A program made the translations under genes and the position numbers. The notes beneath the pieces were generated by a model. That model ran no database searches, was not told the DNA's origin, and worked only from the letters and a program-made list of their open reading frames with translations. From a virus, in IMG/VR virus record IMGVR_UViG_3300010430_000014, positions 1 through 64,000 of that record: a stretch of 64,000 nucleotides of DNA; one strand, 5' to 3'. This document shows positions 19,012 through 28,233 of this stretch, piece by piece (position 1 is the first letter of the stretch; every line of letters begins with the position of its first letter).

Positions 19012-20160
19012 ATGAAAAAAGAGATTCTAATTGGTAAAATCGGCAAAGACAAAGTTCAATTGGAAATTGAATTAAAAAACAACAAGCAATCAATAAATTC
19101 AATTACAACCCTATTAACTCCCTGTCCACCTACCTATAAAACTCTATCAATTACCGGATCAATTGGAAACCATGCATTCGGTCAAATTTATGATCAAATT
19201 TATCCTGCTGATTTTGATGAATTATATGTTGATCGAGATTGGTTAATTAAACTGCTTGCAATTTGGAAAGCTGCTCATTTAAATGATCTCAATGCCGGAT
19301 CTGAATTGCAAATGAAATATACTGATTTCTATCGAGAGCATTACTTGAAACATAATCGATGGGCATATGATGAAATCTCTGCAATGCTTAAACAACATCA
19401 TCTATTGATTGACAATGAAACCAATCCCAATCTATCAGTTGGATATAAATATGGATCACTTTGGTTGATTCGATTGCTTCCAGATTCAGTAATTGAATTT
19501 TTCCATCAAGCACCTACCACTTCTCCCGATCAATTACGTTCTCCAATAATGGATTATCTATTAAGCCATAATTATAAATGGAAAATTTGTTTAGTTAGTA
19601 ATAATCCTAATATGCAATCCAATCAATCAATGGATCATTGGCAAGTAACACTGATTCGTGAAACTCAAGAAAATTTTATTACATGGTTTAGTACGGGATT
19701 TGGGCATCGATTGATGCTTAAAGATCCAATGGATATTCATGACAAACCATTCAGTGTCAATTCATTACTTACCAATTGGAAAAACAAAACAATTAGAATG
19801 TTAGGACATAAACCTAAACAAATGAAATCAAATCAATCTAATGATGAATACAAAACAGTTCAGGAATTAGGTTTTATTATTCCTCCAATTGGACATTACA
19901 ATCGATCTAATAAACCTTTCAATGGATTGCCAGTACCACCTATGCCAGATACAGTAATTGAAACAATACTTAGTGATTGGTTATCAATTGAAAATTACAA
20001 TTCATGGGATGATTGGGCTTATGATATAGGATTTGATCTGAAACTTAAAGATCAGCGAAGGAATGCTAAAAGAAGTTATAATGCAATCATTCAACAATCA
20101 GAAGATGCTCAATGCTTTTTCTTATCTGATTGGTCACAATTAATTGAATTGGTATATTAA
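19012..20160 (+). CDS. Two-domain phage hypothetical protein
   Basis: W...HLNDL.AG, GYKYGS.W motifs, second domain F.TG.GH. Confidence 0.75.
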   Translation: MKKEILIGKIGKDKVQLEIELKNNKQSINSITTLLTPCPPTYKTLSITGSIGNHAFGQIYDQIYPADFDELYVDRDWLIKLLAIWKAAHLNDLNAGSELQMKYTDFYREHYLKHNRWAYDEISAMLKQHHLLIDNETNPNLSVGYKYGSLWLIRLLPDSVIEFFHQAPTTSPDQLRSPIMDYLLSHNYKWKICLVSNNPNMQSNQSMDHWQVTLIRETQENFITWFSTGFGHRLMLKDPMDIHDKPFSVNSLLTNWKNKTIRMLGHKPKQMKSNQSNDEYKTVQELGFIIPPIGHYNRSNKPFNGLPVPPMPDTVIETILSDWLSIENYNSWDDWAYDIGFDLKLKDQRRNAKRSYNAIIQQSEDAQCFFLSDWSQLIELVY

Positions 20161-20175
20161 TCGAAAGGATTAATT

Positions 20176-20499
20176 ATGCATAAACACACAAAAAGACATT
20201 TGGATTTAATTAATAATTGGTTTGATCTTGCTTCAATTCATGCAATTACAGCAATTGAAACAGAAGCAAGGTATATTCTGGAACAAAGACTTGAATTAGA
20301 TGAATTTGTAATGGCAATGGGATCATTTTTTTTTACTTCTAAAGACCGAAACAATCCAAGTCCTAATAATGTAATTGATGAAAAGGATTTAAATGAACCT
20401 GAATTCTATGAAATGGTTTGGAAATTAAATGATAAATTTAATTGTTGCGGTCATCCAATGAGATTCAAAGCAGGACTTCCAACAATTAATAATTGGTAA
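20176..20499 (+). CDS. Hypothetical protein
   Basis: RBS; LDEFVMAMGS. Confidence 0.7.
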   Translation: MHKHTKRHLDLINNWFDLASIHAITAIETEARYILEQRLELDEFVMAMGSFFFTSKDRNNPSPNNVIDEKDLNEPEFYEMVWKLNDKFNCCGHPMRFKAGLPTINNW

Positions 20500-20533
20500 A
20501 TAAAGGGAATTAGTATATTAGAAAGGATTAATT

Positions 20534-20809
20534 ATGCTTAAAAAAGAATGTACTTCAAAGCAATATGAAATTGAAATTGACGATCTAATGGCAATTATTG
20601 ATGCCGATGCGGATCATGAAGATGATAGTGATTGGGATGAAGTATTAAGTGAACAATTGGATTTACTTGATGGTATAACTGATTCCGATTACAATGGTCA
20701 TTTTGGAAATTACATTTTCTTAACAATTGACTCAAAATATGATAACGATAAAACGTGGGATGCAATTGAAACAACAATTAAAAATCATATAAAAGGAATT
20801 AGCATATGA
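20534..20809 (+). CDS. Small acidic protein (possible DNA mimic)
   Basis: Very Asp/Glu-rich; DYNGHFG. Confidence 0.65.
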   Translation: MLKKECTSKQYEIEIDDLMAIIDADADHEDDSDWDEVLSEQLDLLDGITDSDYNGHFGNYIFLTIDSKYDNDKTWDAIETTIKNHIKGISI

Positions 20810-21153
20810 ATAGAAAATCAATTATAGATAAAGTTAATCGAATTAAAAAAGAACTGCACCAATTAGCTGAAGCAATCAGAAAGCTACCACCTAACCCTAA
20901 TGTAGAGCAGTTATCACATAATTGCATAGTGATTAAATCAAGCGAATTGTTTAAGCAAGACAAATGGAGTCCTGATTACTATATCTTCTATAATCAATAC
21001 AATCTCATTGCTGATTTACTTGAAGAATTTCCGATTCAATCAGCATTGCAAAGATTAGATCGAATCATTGATGATGGTAAAATCATTCATCATAATGTTT
21101 ACACTCAATTTCATCCATTGGTAATCCAGAACCTCAAAACAATAATCAATTAA
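20806..21153 (+). CDS. Hypothetical protein
   Basis: ATGA coupling; WSPDYY. Confidence 0.7.
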   Translation: MNRKSIIDKVNRIKKELHQLAEAIRKLPPNPNVEQLSHNCIVIKSSELFKQDKWSPDYYIFYNQYNLIADLLEEFPIQSALQRLDRIIDDGKIIHHNVYTQFHPLVIQNLKTIIN

Positions 21154-21165
21154 AAGGAGTCAATT

Positions 21166-21396
21166 ATGATTAAATCACTTAGAGTAAGTCCTGCAACTTT
21201 CCCTGCATTAATCAATCAAACGGTAACACCTAAACAAAGGGCAAAACAAATCATTAAAAGGCAAATGAATACCGATTTCTATATCCTGAAGCAAGAGGAA
21301 TTATATCGTGATGATTCAATGACTGATCGAGAATGGAATTTGGTTCAAGAACAGATGCATAAATACTTTGATAGAATCGATAAAGTAATCGGTTAA
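21166..21396 (+). CDS. Hypothetical protein
   Basis: AAGGAG RBS. Confidence 0.65.
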   Translation: MIKSLRVSPATFPALINQTVTPKQRAKQIIKRQMNTDFYILKQEELYRDDSMTDREWNLVQEQMHKYFDRIDKVIG

Positions 21397-21412
21397 TTGA
21401 AAGGAGTCAATT

Positions 21413-21706
21413 ATGTCTAAACTATGGAAAATTGAATTCACAGTTCAATCAAAGTCAAAGTTAGTTCGTGCATTTCCAATTGATATGCTTCGATATGATT
21501 CATGCTATCCGGCAAGAGATCAATATTCAACTGCACGAATAATTGATTCATTGGATCAAAACATATCAGCAAAAGAATTCGATCCACAACCAATTGCATT
21601 GATTCATAATTCACATGGCAATAAGCAATGGCAACCAACTGCTCCAAGATGGGAATCATTTGGTTACACTGTAATTGAAGTTAAACAAGCAAGAGAAGGA
21701 TATTAA
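21413..21706 (+). CDS. Phage hypothetical protein
   Basis: FPIDMLRYD..P, PT..RWESFG motif. Confidence 0.75.
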   Translation: MSKLWKIEFTVQSKSKLVRAFPIDMLRYDSCYPARDQYSTARIIDSLDQNISAKEFDPQPIALIHNSHGNKQWQPTAPRWESFGYTVIEVKQAREGY

Positions 21707-21710
21707 TCAA

Positions 21711-21998
21711 ATGAAAATGGCAATTATATTTGAACATGATGATTTGATTAAACTCCAGACTCCAATTATAGTTGAAATGTGGGATCGAGTAATGAATACC
21801 GGATCTGGAAAACGAAAGCTTAACAATGAATTCACTCCAGAGGAAATCAATCGGATTAGACAATTATATAAAGTTTTTTATATATGGCATTTCAAAAAAT
21901 TTGGTGGTACTGGAATTCCCAAAGAATGCCATTCAATGACAATCGCAGATTATCAATTAACTGAAAGAACAGTTCACTTCTTTGCAACAATCAATTGA
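21711..21998 (+). CDS. Hypothetical protein
   Basis: AAGGA RBS before ATG 21711. Confidence 0.65.
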   Translation: MKMAIIFEHDDLIKLQTPIIVEMWDRVMNTGSGKRKLNNEFTPEEINRIRQLYKVFYIWHFKKFGGTGIPKECHSMTIADYQLTERTVHFFATIN

Positions 21999-22008
21999 AG
22001 TACATATT

Positions 22009-22263
22009 ATGAATAAAAAGAAAACACAATCCAATTGGGAAAAAGATTTAATAGAACTTCAAGATAAACTTGCTATTGAAAGTAAAGTATTTGCTAACAT
22101 TTTAAAATCTGAAAGAACAAAAGATATACAATCAACTAATCATCCTAAATCAAAAACACGAAATGCAATAATAATTAAACAATTGTATAAAACTATTAAA
22201 GAATGGGAAAATGATTTATTAACAAATGATTTTTATAAAATTGAAAGGGGATTAAATGAATGA
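22009..22263 (+). CDS. Hypothetical protein
   Basis: Fills gap in operon. Confidence 0.5.
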   Translation: MNKKKTQSNWEKDLIELQDKLAIESKVFANILKSERTKDIQSTNHPKSKTRNAIIIKQLYKTIKEWENDLLTNDFYKIERGLNE

Positions 22264-22409
22264 TCTATAAACTTTACGGAACTTACAAAGGCAATCGAGA
22301 GCTAATTGATCAAGCGGATACATTGGCTGAAGCTCAATATATGCAAAGTGAATATCAATTAGCATTTGGTAATGAATGGTTAATTACAATTAAAAAGGAA
22401 AGGAATTAA
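22260..22409 (+). CDS. Small phage protein (not in ORF track)
   Basis: ATGA coupling; ELID...EAQYMQSEYQLAFG..W. Confidence 0.7.
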   Translation: MIYKLYGTYKGNRELIDQADTLAEAQYMQSEYQLAFGNEWLITIKKERN

Positions 22410-22412
22410 ATT

Positions 22413-23306
22413 ATGTATCAATCAAAAACTACAAGAGATCCGAATAATTACAATGATTTAAACTTCTATCTCCAAAATGATAAGAGAGGCAAACGCAAAT
22501 CAATTGATGATAGACCAATTGATAATAATACAAGAGTAATCAGACGATCTCACAATTCAATTGCAATTAAATTGTGGGATACTGATATAATCACATTCTA
22601 TGACAATGGATCAATTCAATTGGATACAGGTGGGTGGAAAACAGTATTAACAAAAGAACGAATGAATCAATACCTACCTTCAACCATTCGTGTTTATTCA
22701 GAACAATACATTTGGTATATTCGATTCAATAAAAAGCAATATCTTTTTGAAAACGGAATGTATTTAACTTATGATCGAATTATAACTGATTCCGATGGCA
22801 ATCCAATTGCAGAACATTCCAAAGATGTTGAAAAGAAAAAGCGAAGTCAATTGAAAAAAATCAATGAATACATTCAATTATTTCTTAAAGCATTACAAAA
22901 TGGTGAAGTACCTGCTCCATCTCAAGGTGATTGCTTTATTTGCCAAGCATTCAATGGTCAACCAATTGCCGATAAAATGAGTGAAGGTAAATTAGTCAAT
23001 GGTAAACTGGAACTCACTCCATTCAAAGACAATCCCCATTGTGATTGCATTCAATCACATATCGATGAACCTTATTTCGTTCCTACCTTACTCTGGAATG
23101 CAATTAAATCCGAATGCTATGATGCTGAAGGAATATTTGGCAATCCTAAAATGACTTATGGATTAAGTCGATGGGATAAGCATAACATATCATGTTGGTT
23201 TAATCATGATTCTAATTTAGAACATAAACCATTTGCAAGTGATATGACAATTAAACGATTGCAAAAGGTTATGAAACAATTTATCTTGAAGCAATTAAAC
23301 TTCTAA
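22413..23306 (+). CDS. Phage early-region protein
   Basis: TDIITF..LDTGGW.T..TKERMN..LP, GDCFIC. Confidence 0.8.
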   Translation: MYQSKTTRDPNNYNDLNFYLQNDKRGKRKSIDDRPIDNNTRVIRRSHNSIAIKLWDTDIITFYDNGSIQLDTGGWKTVLTKERMNQYLPSTIRVYSEQYIWYIRFNKKQYLFENGMYLTYDRIITDSDGNPIAEHSKDVEKKKRSQLKKINEYIQLFLKALQNGEVPAPSQGDCFICQAFNGQPIADKMSEGKLVNGKLELTPFKDNPHCDCIQSHIDEPYFVPTLLWNAIKSECYDAEGIFGNPKMTYGLSRWDKHNISCWFNHDSNLEHKPFASDMTIKRLQKVMKQFILKQLNF

Positions 23307-23355
23307 CAAAGCAACCACAGAAAATTTTTCAATTAAAAAACGAAAGGAATTAATT

Positions 23356-24102
23356 ATGGAAGATCCATATGAAACAATTGAATATCGTGGTTTCAACATC
23401 AACATTCATACTGACATTGATCCATTAGATCCAATTGATAATCATCATTGGTTCGGAACTATGATTACATGGCATCGTAATTATTCATTAGGTCATGAAC
23501 AACCTAAAAGAGATCCAGATGAATTCCTACAAGATCTTGCAATCAATGCCGATCAATCATTACAAGATGTGATCCTTTATTGGGAAGAATTGCCTCATTC
23601 AAAATATGCTGAAAAACAAATCAAAACATCAATTCAAAGAAGAATCGATAAACACTATATCATCCTACCTTTATACCTTTACGATCATTCCGGCATTACA
23701 ATGAGAACAAGTCCATTTTCCTGCCCTTGGGATTCAGGTCAAGTTGGATTCATTTATGTATCTAATGATAAGGTAAAAAAGGAATTCAATCGAAAACGAA
23801 TGTCAAAGAAGTTAAAACAAAAAGCAATTGATTTGATGATAGGTGAAGTCAATACTTATGATCAATATCTAACCGGAGAAATTTTTGGTTACATGATTGA
23901 ACCTACCGATAAGAATAAATCAATTAATTGTGATGATTCCTGTTGGGGATTTTATGGTTATGATCATGAAAAGTCTGGATTGCTTGAAATGTCAAAGGAT
24001 GCAATTAATTGTGCAATCAAATCTTATAAAGAGGAATGTAAACAAAACCATCAAAGGCAAATGCAAATGAATCAATTCATGCAATCCTGTTGGGCATTCT
24101 AA
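23356..24102 (+). CDS. Mobile-element hypothetical protein (YDHSG/WDSGQVG family)
   Basis: LPLYLYDHSGITM...PWDSGQVGFIY...YDQYLTGE..DSCWGFYG. Confidence 0.8.
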   Translation: MEDPYETIEYRGFNINIHTDIDPLDPIDNHHWFGTMITWHRNYSLGHEQPKRDPDEFLQDLAINADQSLQDVILYWEELPHSKYAEKQIKTSIQRRIDKHYIILPLYLYDHSGITMRTSPFSCPWDSGQVGFIYVSNDKVKKEFNRKRMSKKLKQKAIDLMIGEVNTYDQYLTGEIFGYMIEPTDKNKSINCDDSCWGFYGYDHEKSGLLEMSKDAINCAIKSYKEECKQNHQRQMQMNQFMQSCWAF

Positions 24103-24128
24103 CAAACAAATGAAAGGAGATAATTGAA

Positions 24129-24497
24129 ATGACATACGATGAAATATGTGAAAAAATTGAAATAGGTGATTACAATGATTATACTGATATGAATGATATT
24201 AATATTGAAATTAGTTTAATTGAGTATAGTCCAATTCGTAATCCTAAAACAAATGAATGCCTATTCTGGATCGATGATTGTAAAGGTGATTTACCAAATG
24301 ACGATCATGAAATGATAATCAAATCAGTTGACATTTCAATTGATGATATTAAAGAATACTTAGAGAAATGGGCAACTGATGGATTTTTCTCATTCATTGG
24401 ATCTGATAAACAAAAAGAATTAGATCAATTGGATAATGATTATTTAGCAGGTATAATCCAGAGCATTACTATGTACGATGGACACTTTACTAATTAA
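24129..24497 (+). CDS. Acidic hypothetical protein
   Basis: GAAAGGAG RBS. Confidence 0.7.
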   Translation: MTYDEICEKIEIGDYNDYTDMNDINIEISLIEYSPIRNPKTNECLFWIDDCKGDLPNDDHEMIIKSVDISIDDIKEYLEKWATDGFFSFIGSDKQKELDQLDNDYLAGIIQSITMYDGHFTN

Positions 24498-24527
24498 ACT
24501 TCTAACAAACAAACGAAAGGAATCAAT

Positions 24528-24695
24528 ATGGATGTATTCAACAAACATCAGAAAGCAATTGCAATTAAAACATTGCGAATGTCTGATGAAATGGCAGATG
24601 TAATGGGGGGAACGACTAAAAAAGAAGCAATTGAATTCCTAAAATCCCAAGGCTATTCAGATAAACAAATAACAAACATGATTGAAAGGAAATAA
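24528..24695 (+). CDS. Small protein (not in ORF track)
   Basis: RBS; KTLRMSD..VMGG.TK.EA.EFL. Confidence 0.7.
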   Translation: MDVFNKHQKAIAIKTLRMSDEMADVMGGTTKKEAIEFLKSQGYSDKQITNMIERK

Positions 24696-24700
24696 TTAAA

Positions 24701-24985
24701 ATGCCAATTACATTAGAACAAGCAAAGCAATTGAAATATGGTGATTACCTTTATGCTAATTGTCTTTTTAATGCTGATGAAAAAACTCCAAGAAAATATA
24801 AAATTAATGGAAAACCTAAAACTTGGAAACGTGATCCTGATAGAATTAAAGTACCTTTAAAATGGGGATTATATGAATATGGTGAATTGACCAATGGAAC
24901 ATATGAGGGTAATCAGTTTACCTATTTTTTAAATGAAATGGAATTAACTGAAGAAGCTGCAATTAAACAATCAACAAAGGAATGA
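24701..24985 (+). CDS. Phage hypothetical protein
   Basis: INGKPKTWKRDP..VPLKWGLY. Confidence 0.75.
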   Translation: MPITLEQAKQLKYGDYLYANCLFNADEKTPRKYKINGKPKTWKRDPDRIKVPLKWGLYEYGELTNGTYEGNQFTYFLNEMELTEEAAIKQSTKE

Positions 24986-25227
24986 ATCCTATGGCAACTA
25001 ACAAAGAGCTTGACCGAATGATAATGAATGTTGAACAATCAATTGGAATAGTTATGGATAAAATCAATTGTCTTGTTACCGTTTGGGATCATAAAAAACA
25101 AAGGCTTAATGATGAATTTCTTCAATTGCGATCACAACAATCCAAACTGATTGAAGTATCAACCAAACTTCAATTGCAACATTGTGATAACTATCAAAAA
25201 ACACTTAAAATAACGAAAGGAGAATGA
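24982..25227 (+). CDS. Coiled-coil hypothetical protein
   Basis: Coupled ORF. Confidence 0.6.
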   Translation: MNPMATNKELDRMIMNVEQSIGIVMDKINCLVTVWDHKKQRLNDEFLQLRSQQSKLIEVSTKLQLQHCDNYQKTLKITKGE

Positions 25228-25868
25228 TTATGGAAGAAGAAAAATATGTTATAGGAATTGTAGAGTCAAGTGGTGGTCGATTAGTAATTCACCTTGAAAC
25301 AGGCAAAGTACTTAATTATTTTGTCGATGATGCAGATTATACAGCAGCATTTGCATCAATTAATCATTTTAATATGGTTGAATGGCATGAACGTTATCCA
25401 TTTGATCAAAATAGTGATTCATTTGATATCCTTGATTTAGGATACACAAATAAAGATGGAAAATATATACCTCCCGATGAAGATTATCGAAGTCAATCTC
25501 ATTGGGATCATGTCTATGAATTAAAACAAATATTAATTGATGAAGTAATATTACATATTCAAAATGATCTTCATGAAGTTCCTGATACAGATCCAATTAC
25601 ACAACTCATTAATCAATTACCCATTCCTAATCTTTATCATTACCTATCTGAAAACATGACTCACCAAAACAGATTCAAATATCTAATTGATCAAGGCTTA
25701 ACTGAATTCAAACATAGTCATAAAGAGTGCAATGATCGTTTTGGATTAGCTTGCCCTCAGTGTAGAACTCCAATTGATTCATTTGATGAATCTTTAATTG
25801 ATCAATCAACACGATATTATTGTGATAAATGTAAAGTTATAATCACAATTCAACCATTGGAGGATTAA
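25224..25868 (+). CDS. Hypothetical protein with C-terminal Zn ribbon
   Basis: DILDLGY; CPQC..CDKC. Confidence 0.7.
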   Translation: MIMEEEKYVIGIVESSGGRLVIHLETGKVLNYFVDDADYTAAFASINHFNMVEWHERYPFDQNSDSFDILDLGYTNKDGKYIPPDEDYRSQSHWDHVYELKQILIDEVILHIQNDLHEVPDTDPITQLINQLPIPNLYHYLSENMTHQNRFKYLIDQGLTEFKHSHKECNDRFGLACPQCRTPIDSFDESLIDQSTRYYCDKCKVIITIQPLED

Positions 25869-25869
25869 T

Positions 25870-26070
25870 ATGATACCTCAATTAGAAATAACTCAACAAG
25901 GATCAATATCAATTGAACAAGATCTATACATAGGTGTTCTAATTGGAGATTTTGGATTACAAGTAGCAAAAGATGGTAGAATTTGGATCTGTTTAAATGA
26001 TCAAGCTCTAATTAGATTTAAACCATTAACTAATGAAATGATAAAACTATTAAAAAAGAAAGGAAATTGA
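25870..26070 (+). CDS. Hypothetical protein
   Basis: GGAGG RBS; GLQVAKDGRIWIC. Confidence 0.7.
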   Translation: MIPQLEITQQGSISIEQDLYIGVLIGDFGLQVAKDGRIWICLNDQALIRFKPLTNEMIKLLKKKGN

Positions 26071-26267
26071 TTATGGCATATCCAATTAAATATCTTAATG
26101 CAGAAGACTTTGTTCAAATGAAAGAAAACATTTCTGCAACAATCTTTGACTATGAACCTGAATTAGCAGGAATTAGTTCATTTAGATTACATGAAGAAGA
26201 TTGCAATGCTATTGCAGAACTCATTATGAAAAACCTCAATTATCAATGGGATGAAAAGGAGAATTAA
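26067..26267 (+). CDS. Hypothetical protein
   Basis: RBS. Confidence 0.6.
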   Translation: MIMAYPIKYLNAEDFVQMKENISATIFDYEPELAGISSFRLHEEDCNAIAELIMKNLNYQWDEKEN

Positions 26268-26269
26268 TC

Positions 26270-26623
26270 ATGGCTAAAAAAATAATTCAATTAAGCAGAC
26301 CTAAAGTATTTAATATTGAAACCTATAAACTGTGGGATATTACAGAAGAAAACCATCGAAGAAAATTAATATGTACTTCTCCTAAAGGTGATTCAATTGA
26401 ATTTTCAATTGATATTAAACGAGAATCATTTGCACCTGAATTCAGTTGTATTTACAGAAATAAAGATGGTCAAGGTTGTGTTCTATATAGAGCAAAACCA
26501 AATGATCATGTTCAAAAATTCTGGATTGATCTTGGAAGTGAATATTTTAAAAGAACTTCCGGCAATCAGGATTTCATTCGGGATAAGTTTCTAAAAGAAT
26601 TCGACTTTAATTGGGAGGGTTAA
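26270..26623 (+). CDS. Hypothetical protein
   Basis: RBS. Confidence 0.65.
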   Translation: MAKKIIQLSRPKVFNIETYKLWDITEENHRRKLICTSPKGDSIEFSIDIKRESFAPEFSCIYRNKDGQGCVLYRAKPNDHVQKFWIDLGSEYFKRTSGNQDFIRDKFLKEFDFNWEG

Positions 26624-26627
26624 TCAT

Positions 26628-27143
26628 ATGATTAAAAAAAGAAAATACTCTGACAAATGGATATTGGCAATTAAATCTTATTCAAATGTTTCAGCAGATA
26701 AATATCTTGACATTGTTTTTTGTTATTTGCCTCATAATAAAATAACTCCATATGTTACATGGATCTACAATCATTCAGATGGTGGGTTTCATGAAGGACA
26801 TTATTTCAATCTCATTAACAAAGCTATTCTTGATTTTTTAATAAGAGGTAAAAAAGCAGTACGTTTCAATGATGATTGGATTAAACAACATGATGCAATT
26901 GAAACTCATTATGTTAGATATCTTAAAGAACATAGTTGTTGGGAAGAATGCAATGCTGAAGATGCTCAAATGATCTCTGTTTATCTCCATAAGCCGGAAG
27001 GTGGAATTGAATGCATTTCAGATCATTATGATCCTAAAGATGCAATGCGGATTGTCCGGTGGATTTCCAATCAATATGAATTACCAATTCAATATCAACC
27101 TAAAGATGTTCATTATACTAAATTACAACCAATTATTAAATAA
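26628..27143 (+). CDS. Hypothetical protein
   Basis: PYVTW..GHYF motif. Confidence 0.7.
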   Translation: MIKKRKYSDKWILAIKSYSNVSADKYLDIVFCYLPHNKITPYVTWIYNHSDGGFHEGHYFNLINKAILDFLIRGKKAVRFNDDWIKQHDAIETHYVRYLKEHSCWEECNAEDAQMISVYLHKPEGGIECISDHYDPKDAMRIVRWISNQYELPIQYQPKDVHYTKLQPIIK

Positions 27144-27152
27144 GGAGAAATT

Positions 27153-27338
27153 ATGGCGCAATTAACTAAACATATAAATGTACGAATTACTGAACCTGTT
27201 AGTAAACAAATTGATTCAATCAAAGAAGAATTGACTGAAAAAGATGCTATGATTTATACTCGATCTCAAGTGATCTTTATGTTGATTGTTAGAGGGATTG
27301 AAAAATACAATGAAAATCAATTAAATGAAATTAATTAG
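27153..27338 (+). CDS. Ribbon-helix-helix regulator
   Basis: KHINVRIT...TRSQVIFMLI. Confidence 0.7.
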   Translation: MAQLTKHINVRITEPVSKQIDSIKEELTEKDAMIYTRSQVIFMLIVRGIEKYNENQLNEIN

Positions 27339-27360
27339 TTAAATCAACAGGTTTTAGAGC

Positions 27361-27389
27361 TTGACACCTGATTTAAGGTGTGTTATGCT
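27361..27389 (+). promoter_or_regulatory. sigma70 promoter of the replication block with operator-like palindrome
   Basis: TTGACA-17-TATGCT; ACACCT-N6-AGGTGT inverted repeat in the spacer. Confidence 0.75.
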
Positions 27390-27438
27390 TATATAATCAA
27401 TCAAAAGACCATAACAAACAAACGAAAGGAAAAATTTT

Positions 27439-27924
27439 ATGAATGATTGGAAAAAATTCAATAATGAAATCAAAGAAGCAATTGATCAGCCAAGTAAAAA
27501 AGATATGCTTCAAATGAATGATTTACACTTAGCTATTTATGAACTCGATCAAGAAAAAATTTCTTTATCCGAATCATTAAATAAAGTCGATGAACAATTA
27601 AAAATACATTATGATCGAGTTAGTGAATTACTTGATTCAAAAGATCCTCCCAATTGGGCATGGACTTGGGAATTTAAAAAGTCTAATATTAAATGGAAAG
27701 AAGAATTCATTAATCGATTAGGCAAAGCTGAAGCAAACAAAATTCTATCCGTTGCCAAACAAAAATCTTATCCTAAGATTGGCATTCAATATATCGATCC
27801 TAATCCTGACCATATTCCCGAAACTCCAATTGCAAAATTAAAGAAAGGAAAACCTGTAAGATTAGATCTACCCATTCCTAAATCCAATCCTTTATTTGAT
27901 AGATTAGAAAAATTAAAAGGTTAA
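27439..27924 (+). CDS. Coiled-coil hypothetical protein
   Basis: GAAAGGA RBS. Confidence 0.7.
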   Translation: MNDWKKFNNEIKEAIDQPSKKDMLQMNDLHLAIYELDQEKISLSESLNKVDEQLKIHYDRVSELLDSKDPPNWAWTWEFKKSNIKWKEEFINRLGKAEANKILSVAKQKSYPKIGIQYIDPNPDHIPETPIAKLKKGKPVRLDLPIPKSNPLFDRLEKLKG

Positions 27925-28233
27925 TCACAATTGTATGTTCAATTACCACTCTGGAAATGTTATCTTTATAGTCTTATCCAGAGATGGAGATTGTACAAAG
28001 CAATTAATACCAATCGCTATCGATGGGGTTTTAATAAAGAAGAAGTTCTTTTGTTACGTCAAATGTTTTCTAAATATATGGTGAAAGGAGGAATGAAAAA
28101 ATTAAATGTAATTAGGTATGACCGATTGATTGATAAAGTCTTAGGTCATAGAATCGTGGTTGCTGATAAAGAAGAAATTGAATTAGCCCACAGGTTATTA
28201 ATCATAAAAAAAATCAATTACAGGAGGTTAATC

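Noticed and set aside
13750-23336. Dispersed repeats as a CRISPR array
   Set aside because: Copies are 0.5-6.5 kb apart with genes between them; no regular spacers and no cas genes
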